Shown one piece after another: positions 49,075-57,500 of a DNA stretch of 64,000 nt; the stretch's first letter is position 1; each line of letters opens with the position of its first letter. Both the position numbers and the translations under genes were made by a program. The stretch is from Candidatus Micrarchaeia archaeon (GTDB taxonomy: Archaea; Micrarchaeota; Micrarchaeia; Micrarchaeales; Micrarchaeaceae): positions 925 through 64,924 of the forward strand of contig JBMFSF010000001.1 of the NCBI GenBank assembly GCA_049967695.1, in the 5' to 3' direction. Below the pieces are notes generated by a model. That model did not search any database. It saw nothing but the letters and a program-made list of their open reading frames with translations, and was not told where the DNA came from.

Positions 49075-50067
49075 TTATTGCTGCCTGCCTTCTATCAATA
49101 TGTCAATCGCATGTGTTAATGCTTCATTAGAAGTCGGGTACTTGAGCTTTACTCCAAAGTTTTTCATAAGCGCATTGCTAAGCCAGGTGTCTGCTAGATC
49201 CCCTGGCCAGCCCTGCTCGGTTCCTGTATACACTATTTGTGCATTGAGGTTCATTTTTCTTATGACCTCTTTTGCAATAAATTCCACTTCTGTCTGGCCA
49301 TCCGTTGCAAGGTTTATTGTTATGCCCTTTTTCTCTTTTTCGTATATGAAAAGCATTGCATTGATGCAGTCATCAACATCCATGTATGATTTTTTCTGCT
49401 TGCCATTGCCCAGGACTTCCAGCTTGCTTTTGTCTTTTTTGAGCTTGTTTATAAAATCTACTATAACCCCATGGGTTTGGTTATTTCCAACGATATTGGC
49501 AAATCTAAATATATATCCTCTGATTCCGAAAAGGCTTTCGTAGCTGCTTATCAATCCTTCACCCGCAAGTTTCGCCGCACCGTATAAAGAGATAGGCTTC
49601 AAGGGTCCGTAGCTCTCAGGCGTGGGCTTGATGCTTGCTTTGCCATACACAACGCTTGACGATGCAAATAATATAGAATTTGGGGTGCTCTGCCTCATTG
49701 CATCCAAAACATTATAAGTCGCAAGAGTTCCCTCTTTGAGGTCCAATGAGGTATCCTGCAAGCCCTTCCTTATATCTGCGTTTGCTGAGAGGTGTATTAC
49801 AATCTCCGGTTCTGCCTCCTTCATCGCAGCTTCAAGCTTTTCCTTGTTCAGCAGGTCTCCTTTTACAAATTTCAAATTTTTAAGCTTGCCAATCTTATTC
49901 ACAAAATTTATGGACGGCAAGGAGAGATTATCATATACTGTTACCTCGGAATTCCTGCTCAAAAGCTCCTCTGCCATGTTGCCTCCTATAAATCCTGCCC
50001 CTCCCGTAATGAACACTCTAGAACCTTCAAAAATTCCCATAAAACCACTTTGATGGCTCTCTGCCAA
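49075..50067 (-). CDS. NAD-dependent epimerase/dehydratase (UDP-glucose 4-epimerase-like SDR)
   Basis: VFITGGAGFIGGNMAEELL Rossmann motif and catalytic YGAAK (YxxxK). 330 aa. Confidence 0.85.
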   Translation of the reverse strand: MAESHQSGFMGIFEGSRVFITGGAGFIGGNMAEELLSRNSEVTVYDNLSLPSINFVNKIGKLKNLKFVKGDLLNKEKLEAAMKEAEPEIVIHLSANADIRKGLQDTSLDLKEGTLATYNVLDAMRQSTPNSILFASSSVVYGKASIKPTPESYGPLKPISLYGAAKLAGEGLISSYESLFGIRGYIFRFANIVGNNQTHGVIVDFINKLKKDKSKLEVLGNGKQKKSYMDVDDCINAMLFIYEKEKKGITINLATDGQTEVEFIAKEVIRKMNLNAQIVYTGTEQGWPGDLADTWLSNALMKNFGVKLKYPTSNEALTHAIDILIEGRQQ

Positions 50068-50214
50068 GCATTTAAGATATAAGATTTCTAATTATTAAAT
50101 GCTTTGTGTGTCATCTGCTCTTTGTAAATGAGGAAATGGAGTATAGCTATTTGTATATTTGAAGAAAAAGCTTAAATATAATAAAGCTTACTTTTATAGC
50201 TGTGGAATGAGAAT

Positions 50215-50607
50215 ATGAACGCAGCAAAAGCCAAAGAGAAAACGAACGAGAGTAATGCTGCTGTGCAGCTTATGCAAGCTGTCGAAGTATACTTAAGGCA
50301 GCTGCCTTCAAAGGTGCAGGAAGATTTGTACCCTGTAATGGGCTTTGTTAATACAGATTTTGACCGATTCCCCCGCGTTCTTATAGTTAGCAAAAGGCTT
50401 AAGCAGCATGACAATTCAGTATACCAGGATCCAAGAAAGTATGCTGTTGTTTCTGTTTCATTGAATAATGAAAACAGCGTAAGCGTTTCACTTTTGAATT
50501 TAGATAAGCTGCCTGAATGGGAAAGGCAGCAAATAAGCCAGCTTGCCAAAGCGCTTGATAATTATTTTAGCAAGCATAAGCAGCTAGCATTAATGCTAAG
50601 GCAATGA
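50215..50607 (+). CDS. hypothetical protein
   Basis: 130-aa ORF with no recognisable motif. The opposite-strand ORF 50172-50549 is Cys/Ser-rich and looks like a shadow. Confidence 0.35.
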   Translation: MNAAKAKEKTNESNAAVQLMQAVEVYLRQLPSKVQEDLYPVMGFVNTDFDRFPRVLIVSKRLKQHDNSVYQDPRKYAVVSVSLNNENSVSVSLLNLDKLPEWERQQISQLAKALDNYFSKHKQLALMLRQ

Positions 50608-50642
50608 ATTTCTTATATTCTTTTTTGTTAAGAAAATAGTAT

Positions 50643-50880
50643 AGTGGCGTGCCGTAGCCTCCTTTCTGTTTTAGATGGCATCAAACCTAAGCGGCATAAC
50701 GCCTTGCACGCTCATTGTATGCGCATCGGCCGTTTCATCCTCACCTACGCGCTCGTCGTGTCATAGCATATGCGCAGCAGAGGTGTCGTTTCTGATCCGA
50801 ATTAGGCCTTAAGCCATGCATACTCTGCGTGAGGAGAGCTTCCTCCGCACGAAGCGGTGTGCCATCCGCACGCCACTACT
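50643..50880 (-). ncRNA. rnpB: RNase P RNA, compact form (~235 nt)
   Basis: A GC-rich island in AT-rich DNA. The ends pair (AGTGGCGTGC at 50643-50652 with GCACGCCACT at 50868-50877), giving P1. The minus strand carries a CR-I-like GGAGGAAGCUCUCC (50833-50846) and a CR-V-like ACAGAAAGGAGGCUAC (50654-50669). These can form P4 (AGC-U-CUCC with GGAGGCU) with a single bulged U, as in known RNase P RNAs. Confidence 0.65.
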
Positions 50881-50884
50881 TGCA

Positions 50885-51082
50885 TTATTTTATAGCAAGC
50901 TTGACATCAGAACGGATAACTGTTTTCCTTTTTGCGTGCTTTGCCAGCAACACAGATTTTTTTGCTATTCCATAAATCTGGTTATCCATATAATCCTGTA
51001 GAAGTGATATCGCATCCTTGCTTACTCTTCCGCAACCTGCATCCTTTAGTGCTTTCCTTACCGAAGAGCTTGAAATATACAT
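50885..51082 (-). CDS. archaeal histone (HMf-type histone fold)
   Basis: 65 aa. RVSKDAISLLQDYMDNQIYGIAKKSVLLAKHAKRKTVIRSDVKLAIK carries the AKHAKRKTV...DVKLA signature of archaeal histones. Confidence 0.85.
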   Translation of the reverse strand: MYISSSSVRKALKDAGCGRVSKDAISLLQDYMDNQIYGIAKKSVLLAKHAKRKTVIRSDVKLAIK

Positions 51083-51216
51083 AATAACTATTCTTATTTA
51101 ATCTTTTAATATCTTTTGATGGCTTTGGCACAAATTTTTCAGCCAATTTCTATTTGCTACCATCAAAATATAGAAAGTGTATTATTTTTTTGCGCAACAT
51201 TAATTTTGGTGATTTG

Positions 51217-52455
51217 ATGGAAGTGCCTTCCAGCCCTGAGAATACTAATAAAATAATGAGCATAATAAACGAGCATCAGCAGATATCTTATAACGAGCTC
51301 GTTGAGTTTGCTTCTTCTAGCGGAATAGACGAAGCAACCCTTAAGAATATTTTGAAAGATCTTGAAAACATGAAAAATGTCGCATCAAGAAATATAGGCG
51401 GCATGCTCATATACTATCCTTTGGTGCAAGAGCCGCATCTTCAAAAAATACTAATAGTAGAGGACGATCCAAACATAAACAGGCTCATGGCCCTTTCGGT
51501 TAGCAAGGCTTTTGACATAAAGCAGATAACGCAAATTTATGATGGGGGCGAGGCACTTCCAAAAATTCGCGAAATAAAGCCTGATCTTATAATACTGGAT
51601 TTGATGCTTCCAAACAAAAGCGGGCTTGATATCTGCCAGACTGTTAAAAGCGATCCAGAGATAAAAAATGCAATAGTGATAATAGTAAGCGCAGTAGACC
51701 CTACAACAAACAGGCTTAAAAGCCTTCAGTATGGCGCAGACTATTACATTAAAAAGCCTTTTGATCCTATGGAGCTCAGAAGCCTTGTCACAATATTCCT
51801 GAAGAAAAAAGGCAAAAGGTTTGATCCCTTGATAGACCTCCCTGATGAGGAGCGTATATCTAAAGAGGTAGAAAAGGCAATCAACTCAGGAGAGCAATAT
51901 ACGATAGGAATGGTAAAAATAGAAAACCTTGGAAGCTATGCTCGCAGGTTTGGGGAGAAGTACGCATTTACTATATTGAGGCTTGTTTCGCAGCTTCTCC
52001 AGGACATAATCAATACCAGTGAGAAAAATACATTTATAGGATTCTTGAACAATGAGTCCTTTGTAATAGGGGGCCAGACAACCAGCGTGGAAGATGCCAT
52101 AACAAGACTCCGCAAGGAATTTAATGATGTACTTCCGTTTATACTTCAGGATGTAGGCTACAAGCAGCTGGACCTAGACATAGATAGCCTCTTTGAAACC
52201 AAAGAGATACCAAAGCTTGGCATTACTTATAGCCAGATAGAGAAAAATGAGATCAAGGAGCGCCGCGACGAGATACTTAAAACCAAGAAATCCTCTGAAA
52301 AGGACATAGGCTCATATACATACGATGAACTGCAAAAGCTTTTCGACAGCAATGATTTTGATATAAAAATAACTAGAGGGGCAAATGGAGTGGAGCTTCA
52401 TGTTGCGAAATCCCAAGAAGAAAAAAAATATGATTCTGACAATATGAACATATAA
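51217..52455 (+). CDS. response regulator: N-terminal wHTH-like domain, CheY-like receiver, degenerate GGDEF-like domain
   Basis: The receiver reads KILIVEDDPNINRLM...KPDLIILDLMLPNKSG...IIVSA...YIKKPF. The C-terminal half aligns to the GGDEF fold: DPLIDLPDEE..., IGMVKIENLGSYARRFGEKYAFTILRLV..., and FIGFLNNESFVIGG in place of RxGGDEFxxx. The ATG at 51217 is preferred to the TTG at 51154. Confidence 0.8.
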   Translation: MEVPSSPENTNKIMSIINEHQQISYNELVEFASSSGIDEATLKNILKDLENMKNVASRNIGGMLIYYPLVQEPHLQKILIVEDDPNINRLMALSVSKAFDIKQITQIYDGGEALPKIREIKPDLIILDLMLPNKSGLDICQTVKSDPEIKNAIVIIVSAVDPTTNRLKSLQYGADYYIKKPFDPMELRSLVTIFLKKKGKRFDPLIDLPDEERISKEVEKAINSGEQYTIGMVKIENLGSYARRFGEKYAFTILRLVSQLLQDIINTSEKNTFIGFLNNESFVIGGQTTSVEDAITRLRKEFNDVLPFILQDVGYKQLDLDIDSLFETKEIPKLGITYSQIEKNEIKERRDEILKTKKSSEKDIGSYTYDELQKLFDSNDFDIKITRGANGVELHVAKSQEEKKYDSDNMNI

Positions 52456-52469
52456 GACGGACGGAGCAA

Positions 52470-53015
52470 ATGCACCAAAAAAAAGAAATCAAATGCCAAT
52501 CATCAATAGATATGATTATGGCATATTCTTTCATAATCCTATTTATCAGTATCGTGATATACATATTTATGTCAGTGACTTCGAATAGCAGTTTTGTGTC
52601 TCCTTCGGGCTGCATCCTTTCTTCCCCTTTCTACTGCATAAAATACAAACTAAATACGAGTGGAAATCTCTCCATTCTGATTACGCAGACAAGCGGCTCT
52701 GCAATTAAAATAAACGGGATTGCCTGCTCATCGCAGATGAATTATACTGGCATCAATCCTGCATATGGTAATATTTATGTTTTGAACTCTTCTAGTGCAG
52801 GCTCAGCATATTATCCTAAAAATGTACTGCTTCCAAGCACGCTTTTGGATGGGGGCTATAAAAATTATTCATTATACTGTTATTCAAACTTCGGGCGTGC
52901 GTCTGGGTCCTTGGGCAGCATATTTAATGGTTATCTATGGATTAATTACTCTTATGGAGGGATTCCTGGAAATATTATACAGAATGTCGGATCTATAAGC
53001 GCCAAATACACATGA
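52470..53015 (+). CDS. class III signal peptide (archaeal type IV pilin-like) protein
   Basis: The N-terminus MHQKKEIKCQSSIDMIMAYSFIILFISIVIYIF has a short basic leader, the K-x-Q-S-x-I-D/E motif and a hydrophobic helix. The extracellular part has sequons. Paralog of the 61676-62164 product. Confidence 0.6.
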   Translation: MHQKKEIKCQSSIDMIMAYSFIILFISIVIYIFMSVTSNSSFVSPSGCILSSPFYCIKYKLNTSGNLSILITQTSGSAIKINGIACSSQMNYTGINPAYGNIYVLNSSSAGSAYYPKNVLLPSTLLDGGYKNYSLYCYSNFGRASGSLGSIFNGYLWINYSYGGIPGNIIQNVGSISAKYT

Positions 53016-53039
53016 TATTAATATGAAAACGGTGTAAAG

Positions 53040-53597
53040 ATGATATTATGCATTACTGGCATGCCAAACAGCGGCAAATCTACTGCAGCATCTATCCTTT
53101 CAAAGAAAGGTTTTAAAATAGTGGAGATGCGCAGCTTTATAGAAAAAGAGATGAAAAAGGAGCATATAAAAGTAGATCCTTTAAGCATAAGGGATTTCTC
53201 TACCAAAATAAGAGAGAGAATGGGGCAGGATGCTGTGGCCCAGCTCGCTATCAAACATATAAAAGCGATGAAAGGCAATATAATAATATCTGGTATAAGG
53301 AGCGTTTACGAGATAAATTATTTCAAATCCAAGATAAAAAACGATTTTTATGTTATTGCAATAACTGCGCCTGCCAGAATAAGATACAAGCGCGCGATAG
53401 CTGTAGAAAAGCCTGATGCCACAAAGACCTATAGCGAATTCATTAAGAGAGACAAGATAGAAAAAAGCTGGGGCCTTGCTGATGCCATAGATAATGCTGA
53501 TTTCATCATCAGCAATACCTCTACTCAAAAGGCGTTGGAATCCAGCCTAAGCAAGGTGCTTGACATAATAAATTCCACCCATGCAAATGCAAAGTAG
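53040..53597 (+). CDS. P-loop nucleotide kinase-like protein (UPF0200/dephospho-CoA-kinase-like fold)
   Basis: MILCITGMPNSGKST Walker A at the extreme N-terminus, 185 aa, and GIRSVYEINYF. The pattern resembles the archaeal UPF0200 family (from memory). Confidence 0.6.
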   Translation: MILCITGMPNSGKSTAASILSKKGFKIVEMRSFIEKEMKKEHIKVDPLSIRDFSTKIRERMGQDAVAQLAIKHIKAMKGNIIISGIRSVYEINYFKSKIKNDFYVIAITAPARIRYKRAIAVEKPDATKTYSEFIKRDKIEKSWGLADAIDNADFIISNTSTQKALESSLSKVLDIINSTHANAK

Positions 53598-53712
53598 AAT
53601 GCAAAAAATAAGCATAAAAGTAAGTCCTTTACTTAAAAGATTTGAGCAAACATGTCAATATTTAAAACAAATAGATAAAAATATTAAATATCAATTATTA
53701 AGCGGTAATAAA

Positions 53713-54525
53713 ATGAGAGCCATAACTGCGATATTTTTGTTTTTCGCATTTGCAATTGGTACTTCTACTGCTGCTTATGTTAATCTTGTGAATCCGTTAA
53801 ATGCCACTCTTTATACAAACCAGACTATATATATTGGTGAGGTTGCACCAGGCCAGTCGTTTTCTGTTGGTATCTTATCTAATACTACAAATTCCACAGG
53901 TTCGATGATCTTGTACGGGTGGAACAAGCTTGTAGCATTGGATTTGCCACCGAACTGGACTGCTTCTAGCACATCTTTTAATACGAGATATTTGCAAGTC
54001 CTTATAAAACCTTCTTCAAATTCAGAAATTGGAAAATACAGGCTTAAATTCGAGGCCATAAATGTAGGCAACTATACTCATTTGGGTGTTCTGCCTTTTT
54101 ATGCTACAATATCAATAAATCCTAGCGTCTTTTCAATTTCTGCTTATCCATCAAAGATAATCTCAACTCCTGGAGTGCCAGCAAATGTTACAATAGCAAT
54201 AAACAATAGCGGCGTATCAGACTGCCCTTTTATAATATCTTCTGCAGGGCTAATAAATTTTAACAATACAGAATCCATAATAGCTGTGCACCACCGCACG
54301 GTTCACGCTAACTACCCTGTAAGAGAGGGACAGGCAGGCTCATACAATTTCAGGCTTATGATAAATTCCACCCAAAGCTCTCTTGTAAATAAGACATTGA
54401 ATATAACTTTTATAGTCAAGCCTACAATGGGCTCGGAGTTTGCGTCTACAGGCCAGGGTATAGCTATTTTTCCAATTACCTATGCCCCAATATATGCAAT
54501 AGAGTACCTTTTGAGCAAGATATAA
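53713..54525 (+). CDS. secreted/anchored protein with repeated beta-sandwich-like (CARDB/adhesin-like) segments
   Basis: Sec-type signal peptide MRAITAIFLFFAFAIGTSTAAYV, many sequons, and a hydrophobic C-terminus (GIAIFPITYAPIYAIEYLL). The ATG at 53713 is preferred because the longer ORF-track start overlaps the kinase gene. Confidence 0.5.
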   Translation: MRAITAIFLFFAFAIGTSTAAYVNLVNPLNATLYTNQTIYIGEVAPGQSFSVGILSNTTNSTGSMILYGWNKLVALDLPPNWTASSTSFNTRYLQVLIKPSSNSEIGKYRLKFEAINVGNYTHLGVLPFYATISINPSVFSISAYPSKIISTPGVPANVTIAINNSGVSDCPFIISSAGLINFNNTESIIAVHHRTVHANYPVREGQAGSYNFRLMINSTQSSLVNKTLNITFIVKPTMGSEFASTGQGIAIFPITYAPIYAIEYLLSKI

Positions 54526-54670
54526 AAAGTGCAGATGCACTCTCAATGCATAAGCATAACACTATATAAATTTTTAGAATAAATGTATGAGCAATATTTT
54601 GTTGGGTTGAATTATTTTAGCTGTTGCAATTGCCTGATTTATAGAATATGAGTAATAGCAATAATGCCAA

Positions 54671-54742
54671 GCCCGAATAGCTCAGTGGTAGAGCGACTGG
54701 CTGTTAACCAGTAGGTCGCAGGTTCAATCCCTGCTTCGGGCG
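54671..54742 (+). tRNA. tRNA-Asn(GTT)
   Basis: GCCCGAA TA GCTC AGTGGTA GAGC G ACTGG CTGTTAA CCAGT AGGTC GCAGG TTCAATC CCTGC TTCGGGC G. Perfect cloverleaf, 72 nt, no insertion, followed by a T-run. Confidence 0.95.
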
Positions 54743-54750
54743 CTTTTTTA

Positions 54751-56994
54751 TTATTGTGGTGCAGTAGCTTCATCATTCTGTTTTTTTCTCTGCTTGGTGT
54801 CGGATCCATTTATTGGAAGTATGAAAAAGAATTTGCTTCCTTTTCCAAGCTCTGATTCTACTCCTATCTTGCCTTTATGAAGCAGAATTATCTTTTTAGC
54901 TATCGAAAGTCCGAGCCCAGTGCCAGATTTTGGAGGCGAGGTAAGGTCTTTTCTTGTGGTAGCTTGGTAGAACTCCCTAAACAGCTTCTTCTTGTCCTCT
55001 GGGCTTATTCCAACGCCTGTATCTATTACATCGCATTCTATGTACTTTTTCGTTTTCCTGAATGTATGTACAGTTATCCCTCCCTTATCTGTGAATTTGA
55101 TTGCGTTGCTTATCAAGTTTACAAGAACTTGTATTATCCTGTTCTGGTCTGCCATAATCTTAGGGACATTGTAATCTACTGTCCATTTGAAGAAAAGCCC
55201 TTTTGCTATAGCGTTTCCTTTTATTGCCTTAATGCTTGAAGTATCCTCAAGCTCCCTGAAGTCTATTTCGTTTATTTCAAGCTTTATCTTGTTAGCATCA
55301 AGTTTGGAAGCGTCTAGTACCTGCTGTATTATAAGCATCAGCCTGTTTGACTCGTCTATTATTGTTTTGATATATCCTTTTTGTTCATCGTTTAGCTCTC
55401 CAAACTCGCCGTTAATCAGAAATTTTGCATAACCTATTATGCTAGTGAGCGGGGATTTTAATTCGTGGGATATATTGTATATGAACTGCGACTTTAGATC
55501 GCTTATGCTTCTCAATCTGTTGCTTATGTTTGTCTGCCTTTTAAGCTCCAGTTCCATATCGTTAAGCCTGCGCTTTGTCTCCAATTCCTTTATCAAAAAC
55601 ATGTAATATGTTTGCGAGTTTACTTTTTCTATCTCTCTTATCGAGTAGATTGCAGAAAGCTTTGATTGGTCCTTTTTTATAAGGACTACGTAGCTGTTGT
55701 CTATCTTGTTGCCATTTTTAATATAGCCGAAATCCCTGTCCAATATATTAATATCTTCATAAATAGTCTTTATCTCTTTTCCAATAAGCTCGTCCTTAGG
55801 ATAGCCAAGTATATTTTCAACGGACATATTGCAGTATTTGATAAATCCAAGCTCGTCTACTATAAATATCGGATCAGAAGAGACATTTGCAAGGTCATAA
55901 AAATTGTTTACCAGCTTGCTCGTATTTACTGCCATGTCATTATTCTTCAATAACAGCAATATCTTCCCATAGCCTCTGCTCGCATATATATGCAGGTATC
56001 TTTTCTTGCCATTGGCGTTAATATAATACTCTCCTATGTCTTTTGTCCCATTTTCATAATCCAGGCTCTGGCTGAATTTCTGTCCTATACTTTCTTCCAT
56101 TAAATTTTCCAGTTTTCCTTCAGCAAGAAATTCGCTAGGTTGCCCAAGCACTTTGTCTACATTCGCGCTTGCGTATTCTATTTTGTGCGTTTTTTCATTT
56201 AGTATGAGGAGGCTTTCATCGCTTTCGGATTCAAACAGCGACAAAAGCCCATTTTTAAGTTTCGAATCTGTTGCTTTGTTAAAGAACAATATCTCAAGGT
56301 TCTCATTTATGTCATTGGCAGATATGTAGTATATGTTGTTTCCAATTGCTTTCTCCAAGCCGGACTTGAGAGCAGATTGTATCTCCTCTGCTTGCACATT
56401 TATCTCAGATATGCTTGCCCCTTCTTTAAGCACCTCAAACTCCCTTAATGTTGCTTCGTTTGTTTTCACAACTGTGCCGTTCTTGTTGGCAAGTATTGTA
56501 GGAATTCCGGAATCGAAAGCCGCAGAGAAATAGCTTGCCAATCTTGCACTCTTTTCGGTTTCTATCTTGTAGACTATAACATAGCCTGCGAAATACGAGG
56601 CTATCAAAGCCAGATTTACAATCTGGGTATTGAATTTGCTTTCGTATTTTGAAAGCATTTCGAATATTGCAACCACTCTTCCATTTGCTATAATAGGAAT
56701 TCCAACATAGCTCTTGTACCCTGAATTGAACGCTTCTATAAGCTCTGAAAATGTGGAGTAGCTGCTCAGCTGGTTATCTATATACGGCGTTTTTGTGTTT
56801 GTTATATATTCGTAAAGCTTGCTTTCTCCTTTTTCGTTTATGCTTACTATATCTGCTTTCTCAACCCCAAACACGTTGAGGGCAGTTTCCTTGAACTTCA
56901 ATATGAAATCGTCCTTGCTCATGCTGCTGTTTGCTAACGGGATTATATCATCAAACAGCTTGCCGATGAGAAGGTTGATTTCGGTCATGAGCAT
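54751..56994 (-). CDS. soluble sensor histidine kinase (GAF + multiple PAS-like domains + HisKA + HATPase_c)
   Basis: H-box ISHELKSPLTSIIGYAKFL, N-box LVNLISNAIKFT, G1 VIDTGVGI, G2 SGTGLGLSIAKKIILLHKG. A roughly 480-aa N-terminal sensory region has no TM segments. Confidence 0.9.
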   Translation of the reverse strand: MLMTEINLLIGKLFDDIIPLANSSMSKDDFILKFKETALNVFGVEKADIVSINEKGESKLYEYITNTKTPYIDNQLSSYSTFSELIEAFNSGYKSYVGIPIIANGRVVAIFEMLSKYESKFNTQIVNLALIASYFAGYVIVYKIETEKSARLASYFSAAFDSGIPTILANKNGTVVKTNEATLREFEVLKEGASISEINVQAEEIQSALKSGLEKAIGNNIYYISANDINENLEILFFNKATDSKLKNGLLSLFESESDESLLILNEKTHKIEYASANVDKVLGQPSEFLAEGKLENLMEESIGQKFSQSLDYENGTKDIGEYYINANGKKRYLHIYASRGYGKILLLLKNNDMAVNTSKLVNNFYDLANVSSDPIFIVDELGFIKYCNMSVENILGYPKDELIGKEIKTIYEDINILDRDFGYIKNGNKIDNSYVVLIKKDQSKLSAIYSIREIEKVNSQTYYMFLIKELETKRRLNDMELELKRQTNISNRLRSISDLKSQFIYNISHELKSPLTSIIGYAKFLINGEFGELNDEQKGYIKTIIDESNRLMLIIQQVLDASKLDANKIKLEINEIDFRELEDTSSIKAIKGNAIAKGLFFKWTVDYNVPKIMADQNRIIQVLVNLISNAIKFTDKGGITVHTFRKTKKYIECDVIDTGVGISPEDKKKLFREFYQATTRKDLTSPPKSGTGLGLSIAKKIILLHKGKIGVESELGKGSKFFFILPINGSDTKQRKKQNDEATAPQ

Positions 56995-57500
56995 CTTGCC
57001 ACTTACTTCATTTTTCTTTTATCTATTTATTCTTTCTTGTGCTTATAATACCACAACAAATTCCGAAAGCATCTGTGCATTTTTGCATTGCGTTTTTGCA
57101 TTTTATAAGATGTTTTAATATTTTTGAATATGGCATTTCCTCTTGCTCCTTTGGCTATGTTTAATAACGAATCCTCTTTAGCATGTAAAGCTCGCTTTCA
57201 TAGGGCGTATGCTGATGATAACTATAACTAATATATAATAATATGCTTTATATATTACTAGAAAAGGAATAGGCATATATAAGGAATCATTGCCCATTTT
57301 GCAGCTTACAAAATCAAATATAAAAGAAAATTGCTTGAAGAAAACTGTTCAAAAAATGGAGCTGTGCTTTAGCAAGAAAGCAAGCCCTAAACATAAACTA
57401 AAAATCTTTGATGCTTTGTCCAACATGCAATAAAGCATAATGCTGCTTGCAAGAGGGTAATGCTACAAGAATCATTAACATATAGTAGAAGGTTGCTTTG

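Noticed and set aside
299-49543. Numerous long antisense or overlapping ORFs in the track, for example 299-610, 739-1092, 5673-6251, 8025-8468, 8758-9312, 24796-25287, 27135-27536, 33459-33917, 39994-40524 and 49100-49543.
   Set aside because: Each lies entirely within a gene on the other strand or in another frame that has clear family motifs. Their translations are low-complexity (Ser/Leu/Cys/Phe-rich) with no motifs, which is typical of shadow ORFs in AT-rich coding DNA.
50643-50880. Alternative reading of the GC-rich structured island as SRP (7S) RNA.
   Set aside because: Neither strand shows the helix-8 signature I would expect: a GNAR tetraloop flanked by AGG / AGCA-type symmetric-loop nucleotides. 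The minus strand does show CR-I-like and CR-V-like strings able to form a P4 with a bulged U. The length also fits a reduced RNase P RNA better than a roughly 300-nt SRP RNA. This still needs a covariance-model check.
50816-51001. 61-aa ORF on the plus strand across the RNase P RNA / histone junction.
   Set aside because: It is antisense to both a well-supported histone gene and the structured RNA. It is Cys/Arg-rich and looks like a shadow ORF.
57205-57280. Possible C/D box sRNA upstream of fibrillarin (UGAUGA at 57213-57218).
   Set aside because: No matching CUGA D box lies at a plausible distance, no terminal stem is present, and the preceding base is C rather than the R of the RUGAUGA consensus. 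In AT-rich DNA a lone UGAUGA is expected by chance.
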